Origin: Minisyncoccia bacterium
Lineage (GTDB): Bacteria; Patescibacteriota; Minisyncoccia; Phycocordibacterales; Phycocordibacteraceae
Reading direction: 5' to 3'
NCBI GenBank assembly: GCA_038207395.1
Contig: JBBQZW010000002.1
Span: 135,752 to 195,188, forward strand
DNA: 59,437 bases
In this document: in pieces, positions 44,234 to 55,575 of the stretch
How the letters are laid out: each line of letters opens with the position of its first letter
How positions within the stretch are numbered: position 1 is the stretch's first letter
The notes under the pieces: generated by a model
What the model was told of the DNA's origin: nothing
What the model saw: only the letters and a program-made list of their open reading frames with translations
Database searches by the model: none
Made by a program: the position numbers and the translations under genes

Positions 44234-44524
44234 ATGTCACGTAATTCAATTGTCTTCACCATATGTCTTGTGATCGTCGCTGGCGGTCTCGGCTACTACT
44301 TCTTTTTCTTTAACGCTAACGCTGACTCGGCATTATCTACGGGACCTGTCATTGCAAGCGATGCAGAAATTTCCTTTATTGCACTCGTTAGTAAATTAGA
44401 GCCTATTGTTTTTGATACGAGTATTTTATCTGATCCACGACTTACCGGACGTGAGGATATTCGTACGGCAATTATCCCTGAATCTTCAGGACGCAGAGAC
44501 CCGTTCGCACCCTTAGGTCGGTAG
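44234..44524 (+). CDS. small bitopic protein of the pilus cluster (hypothetical)
   Basis: MSRNSIVFTICLVIVAGGLGYYFFFF... Sits between the pilO-like gene and pilB. Confidence 0.5.
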   Translation: MSRNSIVFTICLVIVAGGLGYYFFFFNANADSALSTGPVIASDAEISFIALVSKLEPIVFDTSILSDPRLTGREDIRTAIIPESSGRRDPFAPLGR

Positions 44525-44602
44525 CAGTATCCTTCGCTACTACGGGACGTGCATGTGCTCCGTGGTATATGATACGAGTACGACTCTTAGAGTATTTACT
44601 GC

Positions 44603-46372
44603 ATGAACATACTTACGCTACTCACTGATGAAGGAACGCTCACGCCGAATGATGCCACCGCTCTTGCGAGTGAAGCTCAATCAACACAAACACCCGTCGA
44701 AACACTCCTTGAGCGTAGAGGTATTACTCAGGAAGCGTTGTTGGAGGTTGCGAGTAAACGATACAACATGCCGTATCGAATACTCCCCTCAACTCCTATC
44801 GGAAAACAGGCGCTTAGTTATATTCCCGAGGATTCAGCAAAATATTACGGCTTTGCCCCCATCGCTCTTAACGGAGGAGCACTTGAGGTTGGTATTACCG
44901 ACCCTGATAACGTAGAAGCACTCGATGCAATGCAGTTTATTGCAGGAAGGGTAGGGCTTCCGTATAAGCTTTTCATAATCAGTAAAAACAATTTTGCAAA
45001 GATTATTGATGAGTACAACAGTCTTACCGGTGAAGTAACTGAAGCTCTCTCAGAACTGGAACCCCCTCCTCAGTCTCTTGATGAAATAAAGAAAGAAGGG
45101 GAAAAAGTCGAACATGCGATTAAGGAAGATGCTCCAGTTACAAAAATTGTAGCGACCGTGCTTCGCTATGCGGTAGAAGGAGGAGCGAGTGATATTCACA
45201 TTGAACCAACGCCGGAAAAAACACAGGTTCGCTTTCGTATGGACGGTGAACTCCACACCTCGCTTGAGCTTCCCGCGAAAGTACATGCGGCAGTAGTTGC
45301 ACGTATAAAGATTCTTTCTCAGATGCGTCTTGATGAACGTCGAAAGCCGCAAGACGGACGTTTCTCGGCAACCGTAGAAGGGAAGCGTATTGACTTCCGC
45401 GTCTCAACATTTCCGACACAGTTCGGCGAGAAGGTCGTAATGCGTATTTTGGACCGGTCACGGTCTGTCGCAACACTTGAAAGCCTTGGGTTTACCGAGG
45501 CAGACTTACGAACGGTTCGTGCAATGATTAATCGTCCGTACGGAATTGTTCTTATTTCAGGACCGACCGGTTCAGGTAAATCAACAACATTGTTTGCAAT
45601 GCTTTCTGCACTGGACCGTGAGAAGTCTAATGTGGTTTCAGTGGAAGACCCTGTTGAATATGAGATTCCTGGTGTAGCGCAGTCTCAAGTCCACCCTGAA
45701 ATTGGGTACACGTTTGCCTCTGGTCTTAGATCAATCCTTCGTCAGGACCCGGACGTGATCATGGTGGGAGAAATCCGTGATAAGGAGACGGCTCAGCTTG
45801 CTATCCAGGCTGCGCTTACTGGTCACCTTGTGTTCTCAACTATTCACACGAACACCGCAGCAGGGGTTATTCCACGTTTGGTGGATATGGGTGTTGATCC
45901 GTATCTTATTGCGCCAACGCTTATTGCAGCAATTGGTCAGCGCCTTGTGCGTAAGCTCTGTGAAGGGGCAGGGCAGGCGGTACCCGTAAGTGACAGTTTA
46001 AAACTGCACCTCGATAAAGAGTTCTCTGATCTCCCGAAGGAAGTTCGCGATACCGTACCTGTATACGAACATATATATGAAGCGAATTCGACACCAGATT
46101 GCCCAAATGGTACTCGCGGACGCCTCGCCGTCTTCGAAATCCTTCAAATGGATAAAGATCTAGAGAAAGTCGTGCTCGAAAGCCCTATTGAGGAGAAAGT
46201 GTATGCCACCGCACGTGCAAAAGGCATGTTTACTATGCGTGAGGATGCTATCATGAAAGCACTGGCCGGATTGATTCCGTTTCAAGAAGTGGATACCCTT
46301 GGTGGAGCACTTCTTGCGGATGAAGAAATGCCGGCGCTTGAGCCCGCAGACACTATCCAGGCAGCCACATAA
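44603..46372 (+). CDS. pilB: type IV pilus assembly (extension) ATPase PilB/GspE family
   Basis: 589 aa, ...SDIHIEP......R.R.DG.L......GPTGSGKSTTL......EDPVE........R..LRQDPDVIMVGEIRD.ETA..A..A.LTGHLV.ST.HTN... Confidence 0.93.
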   Translation: MNILTLLTDEGTLTPNDATALASEAQSTQTPVETLLERRGITQEALLEVASKRYNMPYRILPSTPIGKQALSYIPEDSAKYYGFAPIALNGGALEVGITDPDNVEALDAMQFIAGRVGLPYKLFIISKNNFAKIIDEYNSLTGEVTEALSELEPPPQSLDEIKKEGEKVEHAIKEDAPVTKIVATVLRYAVEGGASDIHIEPTPEKTQVRFRMDGELHTSLELPAKVHAAVVARIKILSQMRLDERRKPQDGRFSATVEGKRIDFRVSTFPTQFGEKVVMRILDRSRSVATLESLGFTEADLRTVRAMINRPYGIVLISGPTGSGKSTTLFAMLSALDREKSNVVSVEDPVEYEIPGVAQSQVHPEIGYTFASGLRSILRQDPDVIMVGEIRDKETAQLAIQAALTGHLVFSTIHTNTAAGVIPRLVDMGVDPYLIAPTLIAAIGQRLVRKLCEGAGQAVPVSDSLKLHLDKEFSDLPKEVRDTVPVYEHIYEANSTPDCPNGTRGRLAVFEILQMDKDLEKVVLESPIEEKVYATARAKGMFTMREDAIMKALAGLIPFQEVDTLGGALLADEEMPALEPADTIQAAT

Positions 46373-46388
46373 TTTTTGTATCTATCCT

Positions 46389-46784
46389 ATGGCGTATCGA
46401 ATTTACTTAGTTGACGATGATCGTTTCCTTTTGGACATGTATGCGGTGAAATTTAAAGCAGCGGGTCATGAAGTCACTGCATTTCAGGGAGGCATGTTAG
46501 TTCTAGACGCACTACGGAAGAATCCAGCACCAGATGTGGTTCTTTTAGATGTGGTTATGCCAGAAATCGACGGATTTGGAGTACTCGATGTAATTCGTAA
46601 GGAAAAACTTGGTGAGCCCACGCTAAAGGTAATTATGCTTACGAATCAAGGACAGCCTGCTGATCTTGAGCGCGCAACTCAGCTAAAGGTAGATGGGTAC
46701 ATTATCAAAGCATCTGCAATACCCTCTGAAGTGTATTCAGAAACAATTCGCATTATTGAGCAATCTAATAACGCAACCGCATGA
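46389..46784 (+). CDS. single-domain response regulator (CheY-like receiver)
   Basis: ATG 46389 gives MAYRIYLVDDDRFLLDMY...VVLLDVVMPEIDGF...IMLTNQG...DGYIIKA. Canonical DD, D, T and K positions are present. Its stop overlaps the pilT ATG (ATGA at 46781-46784). Confidence 0.88.
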   Translation: MAYRIYLVDDDRFLLDMYAVKFKAAGHEVTAFQGGMLVLDALRKNPAPDVVLLDVVMPEIDGFGVLDVIRKEKLGEPTLKVIMLTNQGQPADLERATQLKVDGYIIKASAIPSEVYSETIRIIEQSNNATA

Positions 46785-47845
46785 GCGACGGAAAGGCATT
46801 AGTAAGTACATTTCTTGATCTCGTTATCACGGAAGGAGGTTCTGACCTTCACCTTTCTGCAGGCAGTCATCCGATCATTCGAGTATCAGGTTCACTCGTA
46901 CCTCTTTTACAGCAGCCTATTCTTACACCGGCTGACACGATGGCAATCCTTGAAGCGATGTCTCCTCCAGAGCGCTTCGTGCAGCTAACAACAAAGCAAT
47001 CAATCGACTTTTCATACTCCCATACCGTAAAAGCTCGTTTTCGCGTTAATGGATTTATCGTCCAAGGTTCTGCAGCACTTGCGATGCGTCTTATTCCACA
47101 CGACACTCCTACGTTTGAAAAACTTAATCTCCCGCCAATACTTGAAGTCTTTACGCAGCGCACCCAAGGGTTCTTTCTTATTGTTGGTCCGGTGGGGCAG
47201 GGAAAGTCCACTACGATGGCAGCTATCATTGACCGTATTAATGAAACACGCGCAGAACATATCGTAACGATTGAAGACCCGGTGGAGTATATCTTTGACG
47301 CAAAGAAATCACTTATTCACCAGCGTGAAGTACATGTGGATGCACCTGATTTCCAGAGTGCACTTCAGGCAGCCTTTCGTGAAGACGTGAATGTAATCAT
47401 GGTGGGAGAAATGCGTGATCAGGAAACTATTTCAAGCGCGGTTACCGCCGCTGAAACTGGTCACTTGGTGCTTTCAACGCTGCACACCAATAACGCATCT
47501 CAAACTATCGACCGTATTATCGATATGTTCCCTCCTAACCAGCAGGGACAGGTGCGTGTTCAGCTTGCCGGATCATTAGCGGGAATCTTTTCACAGCGTC
47601 TAGTACCGCGTATTCAAGGCGGACTTATTCCTGCGTATGAACTCCTTATTAATAACAGCGCCGTTTCAAACCTCATCCGTGAAGGTCGCACTCATGAAAT
47701 AGCAACGGTTATTCAGACGAGTTCTCAAGAAGGTATGATCGACATGGATCGTTCACTTGCTGAGCTGGTGCGTCGAGGAGAAGTAACCATTGAACACGCG
47801 TATGAACGCGCGTCTGACCCTAAAACGTTTGAGCGGTATATCTAA
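46781..47845 (+). CDS. pilT: type IV pilus retraction ATPase PilT
   Basis: 354 aa, ...GSDLHL.AGS.P..R..G.L.......GPVGQGKSTT.......IEDPVEY.......HQREV..D...F..AL.AAFREDVNVIMVGEMRD.ETI..A.TAAETGHLV.STLHT... Confidence 0.93.
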   Translation: MSDGKALVSTFLDLVITEGGSDLHLSAGSHPIIRVSGSLVPLLQQPILTPADTMAILEAMSPPERFVQLTTKQSIDFSYSHTVKARFRVNGFIVQGSAALAMRLIPHDTPTFEKLNLPPILEVFTQRTQGFFLIVGPVGQGKSTTMAAIIDRINETRAEHIVTIEDPVEYIFDAKKSLIHQREVHVDAPDFQSALQAAFREDVNVIMVGEMRDQETISSAVTAAETGHLVLSTLHTNNASQTIDRIIDMFPPNQQGQVRVQLAGSLAGIFSQRLVPRIQGGLIPAYELLINNSAVSNLIREGRTHEIATVIQTSSQEGMIDMDRSLAELVRRGEVTIEHAYERASDPKTFERYI

Positions 47846-47853
47846 ATTTTTGT

Positions 47854-49062
47854 ATGCTCTTTAATTACCACGCACTCGACCCTGATGGACATGAACGTGA
47901 AGGAACGGTGGAAGCATTATCAATGGATGTCGCTGTTTCCACGCTTCAGCGTCGAGGTCTCATTGTTTCTTCCATAGATCCTGCAGGAAAGAAGTCACCG
48001 CTCTCGATTGAGATTTCTTTTTTCAAAGGAGTGTCGAATAAGGAAGTGGTTATTCTTTCACGTCAGATTGCAACGTTGTTCGAGGCACAGGTTTCAGCAC
48101 TCCGCATCTTTCGACTTCTTGCTTCCGAAGTTGATAACAAACACCTTTCAGAAATTCTCACTCAGGTGGCAGATGATCTCCAGGGTGGTTCTCCGATAAG
48201 TAAGGCGATGTCACGTCACCCTAAAGTTTTCTCAAATTTCTATGTAAACATGGTGCGTTCAGGGGAAGAGTCCGGAAAACTTTCAGACACATTCGGGTAC
48301 CTCGCGGATTACCTTGACCGTACTTATGAGGTGGTAAGTAAGGCACAGAACGCACTCATCTACCCGGCATTTGTTATTGGCGTGTTCGTGATTGTTATGG
48401 TGCTCATGCTCACTATTGTTATTCCGAAGATCAGCGCCATTCTTATTGAATCTGGCCAGCCAATCCCTCTTTATACGCAGGTTGTTATTGCGGCATCGAA
48501 CTTCCTTGTTCACTACGGGTTCCTTATTGTTATAGGGCTCGGCATACTTTCCGTATTTGCCTTCCGGTATCTCCAGACAGGACCCGGTAAACTTTTCTTC
48601 GATAGTTTTAAACTCGATGTGCCGTACCTCGGTAATCTGTATCAGAAACTATATCTTTCGCGTATTGCTGATAACTTTGCCACCATGCTTGTGTCCGGCG
48701 TGCCGGTTATTGAAGCGGTTGAGATTACGGCATCTATTGTAGGGAGCGCGACGTATGAACGGATTCTCGCCGACACTGGGGACGCCGTAAAGGGAGGTTC
48801 TTCAATTTCTGATGCACTTGCCCGGCATCCAGAGATTCCTGGCATCATGACGGCCATGATTAAAGTGGGTGAAGAAACCGGAGAGCTCGGTTCTATTCTC
48901 GCAACACTCGCGAAGTTCTACCAGCGCGAAGTGTCACAAGCAGTTGATACTCTTGTTGATCTTATTGAACCCCTTATGATCGTATTACTCGGTCTTGGTG
49001 TGGGAACACTTCTTGCGTCAGTACTTATTCCTATCTACAATCTCGCGGGTTCTATAAATTAA
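47854..49062 (+). CDS. pilC: type IV pilus platform protein PilC (GspF family)
   Basis: 402 aa with a duplicated GspF-type domain and 3 TM segments. Confidence 0.92.
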   Translation: MLFNYHALDPDGHEREGTVEALSMDVAVSTLQRRGLIVSSIDPAGKKSPLSIEISFFKGVSNKEVVILSRQIATLFEAQVSALRIFRLLASEVDNKHLSEILTQVADDLQGGSPISKAMSRHPKVFSNFYVNMVRSGEESGKLSDTFGYLADYLDRTYEVVSKAQNALIYPAFVIGVFVIVMVLMLTIVIPKISAILIESGQPIPLYTQVVIAASNFLVHYGFLIVIGLGILSVFAFRYLQTGPGKLFFDSFKLDVPYLGNLYQKLYLSRIADNFATMLVSGVPVIEAVEITASIVGSATYERILADTGDAVKGGSSISDALARHPEIPGIMTAMIKVGEETGELGSILATLAKFYQREVSQAVDTLVDLIEPLMIVLLGLGVGTLLASVLIPIYNLAGSIN

Positions 49063-49166
49063 AGCGTGGCTTATCCACATACCTGCTCGATAGAGAGTAA
49101 TCTTCACGTACAATACACAAAGCGGAAATATTACTAACCCGCGTCAATTATTTTTCTATCCTTACT

Positions 49167-49589
49167 ATGAAATCAGTTCCTTCATCAGTACGACGTGGTT
49201 TCACCCTCATTGAACTCCTCGTCGTTATCGCTATCATTGGTATCTTGTCATCAGTTGTTCTTGCGTCTCTTAACACTGCTCGTAACAAGGGAGCTGACGC
49301 GGCTATCAAATCAAACATTGATAACGCACGTGCTCAGGCTGAACTCTTCTACGACAGCAACTCAAACAGCTACACTGGCGTTTGTGCTAACAGCACGACG
49401 GGTATCGCAGGTATGAAAGCTGGTGCACAGTCAGCACTTGGCGCTACGGGTACCGTATACTGTTCAGACTCTGGAACAGCATGGGCGCTTTCATCACCAC
49501 TTAAGACTGCGCCAACAACATCATTCTGTGTAGATAGCACTGGTACTTCAACCGTTCGTACCGGTAACCCTACTGCGCAGGCTTGCTAG
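49167..49589 (+). CDS. type IV pilin (candidate major pilin)
   Basis: Class III signal MKSVPSSVRRG|FTLIELLVVIAIIGILSSVVLASL. 140 aa with 4 Cys. Followed by a strong terminator. Confidence 0.9.
   Translation: MKSVPSSVRRGFTLIELLVVIAIIGILSSVVLASLNTARNKGADAAIKSNIDNARAQAELFYDSNSNSYTGVCANSTTGIAGMKAGAQSALGATGTVYCSDSGTAWALSSPLKTAPTTSFCVDSTGTSTVRTGNPTAQAC
49197..49241 (+). repeat. 45-nt stretch identical to 49710-49754 (pilin N-terminal helix coding segment), copy 1
   Basis: GGTTTCACCCTCATTGAACTCCTCGTCGTTATCGCTATCATTGGT occurs in both pilin genes. Confidence 0.9.
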
Positions 49590-49606
49590 TTTGTTAGTAC
49601 AACATA

Positions 49607-49646
49607 GCAACAAAAGACCGCCCCTCACGGGGCGGTCTTTTGTTGC
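49607..49646 (+). terminator. intrinsic terminator after the first pilin gene (18-bp stem)
   Basis: GCAACAAAAGACCGCCCC-tcac-GGGGCGGTCTTTTGTTGC. Confidence 0.85.
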
Positions 49647-49686
49647 GTGGTAGTATTATTCCTATAATCGCTTTACTACTTTGCGC

Positions 49687-50226
49687 ATGACCACTCGCAC
49701 GCATTCTTCAGGTTTCACCCTCATTGAACTCCTCGTCGTTATCGCTATCATTGGTGTCCTCGCTGCGCTTGCTGTTGGGTCTTTAGGGCTTGCTCGAAAA
49801 AAGGGAAATGATGCAGGCATTATTTCTAATCTTATTAATGCGCGATCGCAAGCAGAACTTTTCTACTCGTCAAACAATAATGTATATGTAGGAACGCTTG
49901 GGGGAAGTGATGATGTCTGTGCCGTGAGTGCTTCAGTAAATGGAAGTAAGGGTATATATCCGTTTGCGGTTGCCGCTGCGAGTGCAGCAGGAGCAAGTAT
50001 CTCTACCTCTATAGTGAGTGCGAATACTGCGAATGCTTCAGTGGTAACGTGTCACGCAACACCTACTACCGGTTCATATGCACCCTTAAATGCATGGGCA
50101 CTCGAAGCTCCCTTAAAGGCTGACCGCCCAGGGTACACAGATCCTTTCTACTGTGTTGATAGTACTAACGTGTCCACCACCACGAACGGCTCAACGCTCG
50201 GAGTTGGTGATGCAAAATGTAACTAA
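49687..50226 (+). CDS. type IV pilin paralog
   Basis: MTTRTHSSG|FTLIELLVVIAIIGVLAALAV. 179 aa with 4 Cys. It shares the YCVDST / FCVDST motif with the first pilin. Confidence 0.88.
   Translation: MTTRTHSSGFTLIELLVVIAIIGVLAALAVGSLGLARKKGNDAGIISNLINARSQAELFYSSNNNVYVGTLGGSDDVCAVSASVNGSKGIYPFAVAAASAAGASISTSIVSANTANASVVTCHATPTTGSYAPLNAWALEAPLKADRPGYTDPFYCVDSTNVSTTTNGSTLGVGDAKCN
49710..49754 (+). repeat. 45-nt identical repeat, copy 2
   Basis: Same 45-mer as 49197-49241. Confidence 0.9.
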
Positions 50227-50228
50227 TC

Positions 50229-50990
50229 ATGGTATTTGATAGCACTATCCTTTTTGCAATAATCGTCGGTATTTTCGGAGCGATTATTGGAAGTTTTGTT
50301 GGAGTAGTTGCTGAGCGTGCATTCACAGGCCAGTCATGGAAGAAAGGACGTTCGCGCTGTAACTCGTGTCGGGAGACTCTTACTGCACTTGATCTCATTC
50401 CTGTGTTTTCATGGTTGTTTCGTCACGGACGCTGCCGTTTTTGTAGTGCCAAGGTTCCTATAGCGTATGCCCTGTATGAGATCTCAATGGGTGTTGTCTT
50501 CTACTTTGCATTCCTCCGCTTCGGCCCTACTATTCCACTCTTTTTGTTTCTTGCAGCAGTTACGGTTCTAGCATTCATAACAATCTATGATCTCCGTCAT
50601 ACTATTGTTCCACCAGGTGCCGCAAGTGTCTTAATTGGCATATCCGCACTCTTTGCAATTTCTACCTCGAATACCGTGCAGGTGTTTTTATCTACACTTG
50701 CCTATGCAGCCGGTATCGCCTGTGTTTTTTTCTTACTCTATTTCCTCTCGCGGGGAAGGGCGATGGGACTTGGCGATACTCCCATAGTCTTTGCGCTTTC
50801 TCTGCTCGCGGGACGGGCTGCGCTTGCGGGAGTACTCTTTTCTTTCTGGGTCGGCGGACTTATCGGCATATATATATTGGCGGTACGCAAGGGAGGCCCT
50901 AGAATGGGTATAGAGGTGCCGTTTGTGCCATTTATGGCCGCAGGGTTTCTTCTCGCACTATTTACCCAATGGAATCCACTCCCGTTTTAA
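50229..50990 (+). CDS. pilD: prepilin peptidase / N-methyltransferase (A24 family) PilD
   Basis: 253 aa polytopic protein. CNSCRETL...CRFC zinc-knuckle region. ...GLGDTPIVFAL... Confidence 0.9.
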   Translation: MVFDSTILFAIIVGIFGAIIGSFVGVVAERAFTGQSWKKGRSRCNSCRETLTALDLIPVFSWLFRHGRCRFCSAKVPIAYALYEISMGVVFYFAFLRFGPTIPLFLFLAAVTVLAFITIYDLRHTIVPPGAASVLIGISALFAISTSNTVQVFLSTLAYAAGIACVFFLLYFLSRGRAMGLGDTPIVFALSLLAGRAALAGVLFSFWVGGLIGIYILAVRKGGPRMGIEVPFVPFMAAGFLLALFTQWNPLPF

Positions 50991-51652
50991 CTGCTTCAAA
51001 TACACTACGCACACCACGAGGCTTTACCCTTGTGGAAATGGTAGTGGTCCTTGGCATCATTGCCATAATTACGGTTATTGCCGTAACGGGGCAGTCTACC
51101 TTTAACCGCACATTGTTACTGACCGACACGGTATATGGTGTAGCGTTCTCAGCTCGCGAAGCTCAGTCGTTTGGAATTTCAAGTCGTAAGTTTGGTAACG
51201 TACAGAACCCGGGATACGGTATTCATTTTTCAAATGCCACCCCATCTTCCTATACGGTCTTTGCAGATAAGGCAAATACGCTTGCCGCACCTGCTGGCTG
51301 TCCGCTTGGTGCTGCAGGTACGCCTGAGCAGAAGCCCGGTAACTGCCGCTATGACGTAACCGATGGAACCGTAAATGCCTATACATTTGGGCGTGGTTTT
51401 AAAGTACAGAGATTCTGTGGAAAGATTGGAAGCACGCTCTATTGTTCAACTGATCCGTCTCCGCTCACAACGCTCGATGCGGTGTTTACGCGCCCGAACA
51501 CCTCCACGGTTATGAGTGGTCTTTTAAATGGGAGTACACTACTTACGTTTTCATGCGCGGAAGTAACTATTGCTGACGGAACTAATCAAGCAAATAAGAC
51601 CGTACGAATCTCATCGCTTGGTGAAATATCTATCGGCCAAATCTGTCCATAA
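50969..51652 (+). CDS. minor pilin / pseudopilin 1
   Basis: ...LRTPRG|FTLVEMVVVLGIIAIITVIAV. 227 aa. Overlaps the pilD end by 22 nt. Confidence 0.8.
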   Translation: MESTPVLTASNTLRTPRGFTLVEMVVVLGIIAIITVIAVTGQSTFNRTLLLTDTVYGVAFSAREAQSFGISSRKFGNVQNPGYGIHFSNATPSSYTVFADKANTLAAPAGCPLGAAGTPEQKPGNCRYDVTDGTVNAYTFGRGFKVQRFCGKIGSTLYCSTDPSPLTTLDAVFTRPNTSTVMSGLLNGSTLLTFSCAEVTIADGTNQANKTVRISSLGEISIGQICP

Positions 51653-51654
51653 AT

Positions 51655-52233
51655 ATGAAGTATTCTCATACCGCACCAGAGCGTAGTCAGGCACGAGGAT
51701 TCACCCTTCTTGAACTTATTGTTTCGATCGGCTTGTTTACGATTGTTGTTACTATTGCAATGACTGCGTATCTTTCACTTATTGCGCTTGACCGTAAGGC
51801 ACGTGCCACGAATGATCTTGTTACAAATCTTTCGTTCACGATTGAAAATATGAGTCGTAATATTCGTACGGGAACGGGGTATGTGTGTGGTGGATTCGGA
51901 AGTGGTCCAAATTGCTGGGGAGGGACTGGATCAAATAAATTTAGTTTCGTAGATGTACAAAATCAGCAAACAACCTACCTCTTCACTGCTGCAGGCGCAG
52001 TCGCGTCATGTGTCGGCACATCTATTTGTAATGATATAAGTGCAACCACACTCACGGATCCCCGTATTCGTATTACGAATCTTAGATTCTATACCCAGGG
52101 AGTTGGTACCGGTGATGGCTTACAGCCACGAGTATTGTTTACCATTTCCGGAACCATTACCCCTGACGCACGGGCGACACCGGTAACGTTCACTATTGAA
52201 AGTAGTGCAACCCAGCGACTCATTGAACTATAG
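51655..52233 (+). CDS. minor pilin / pseudopilin 2
   Basis: ...SQARG|FTLLELIVSIGLFTIVVTIAM. 192 aa. Confidence 0.8.
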   Translation: MKYSHTAPERSQARGFTLLELIVSIGLFTIVVTIAMTAYLSLIALDRKARATNDLVTNLSFTIENMSRNIRTGTGYVCGGFGSGPNCWGGTGSNKFSFVDVQNQQTTYLFTAAGAVASCVGTSICNDISATTLTDPRIRITNLRFYTQGVGTGDGLQPRVLFTISGTITPDARATPVTFTIESSATQRLIEL

Positions 52234-52235
52234 CT

Positions 52236-52753
52236 ATGAATGTACTGAATTATTTTCAGGACAAATCCTCACGAGGTTTCACCCTCGTAGAAACACTCGT
52301 CGCTATTGCCTTACTCATGATTGCTATTTCTGCACCGTTCTACTCGGTCCAGCAAGCAATAGTTGCATCAAACGCTGCACGAGATCAGCTGATTGCATCA
52401 TCTCTTGCACAGGAAGGTGCTGAATATATTTACTATCTCCGTGATAATAATTACCTTGCAGGGAATAGTTGGTTAACAGGAATGGACAGTTGTCTAACAG
52501 GGAATGCGCCATACGGATGTATGATAGATCCTTCTCAGAATACTCTCACGAGTTGTATATCTTCGGGGTGTACTCCTTTAAAACTCAGTTCTTCTAATCT
52601 CTATACCCATGCCGGCAATTTCTCTCCTACGCGCTTTACCCGTACGGTGCAAATTCAATCAGTGTCAGCGGCACAGGTAAAGATTACCGTTACCGTTACG
52701 TGGATAAGTGGACAAAGGAACTACACCGTAACGGTCGTAGAAAACCTTTATAA

Positions 52754-52763
<10 letters not shown>
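52236..52763 (+). CDS. minor pilin / pseudopilin 3
   Basis: ...KSSRG|FTLVETLVAIALLMIAIS. 175 aa. Confidence 0.8.
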
Positions 52764-55260
<2,497 letters not shown>

Positions 55261-55275
55261 TACAGTGCTTTTACT

Positions 55276-55575
55276 ATGAAAGAAACTCCTATCGAAACCG
55301 TTGAACGTCTCTCACGCCTTTCGCGTATTGCTATTCCTGAAGAACGAAAGGAAGCTCTTGCGGGTGAATTTGAAAGCGTGCTTGCGTACATTGCACAGCT
55401 CAATGAACTTGCCATACCAGTATCAGGAACGCCTGTACTCCCTGCTCTTCATAACGTGTTTCGTCCTGACACTGATGCCTACGAAGAAGGAAAATGGACT
55501 GAAGAAATAGTAAAAGCCTTTCCTGCAAAGTCAGGAAATTCGCTTTCAGTAAAAAAGATTATTTCCAATGACTAG
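55276..55575 (+). CDS. gatC: Asp/Glu-tRNA amidotransferase subunit C
   Basis: 99 aa, ...VERLSRLSRIAIPEE..........L.Y...L.E..... Directly upstream of and overlapping gatA. Confidence 0.88.
   Translation: MKETPIETVERLSRLSRIAIPEERKEALAGEFESVLAYIAQLNELAIPVSGTPVLPALHNVFRPDTDAYEEGKWTEEIVKAFPAKSGNSLSVKKIISND

Noticed and set aside
49063-49166. Possible sigma54 promoter (TGGC...TGC) upstream of the first pilin gene.
   Set aside because: The GG-to-GC spacing is 15 nt rather than the required 10. No enhancer-binding protein gene is nearby.
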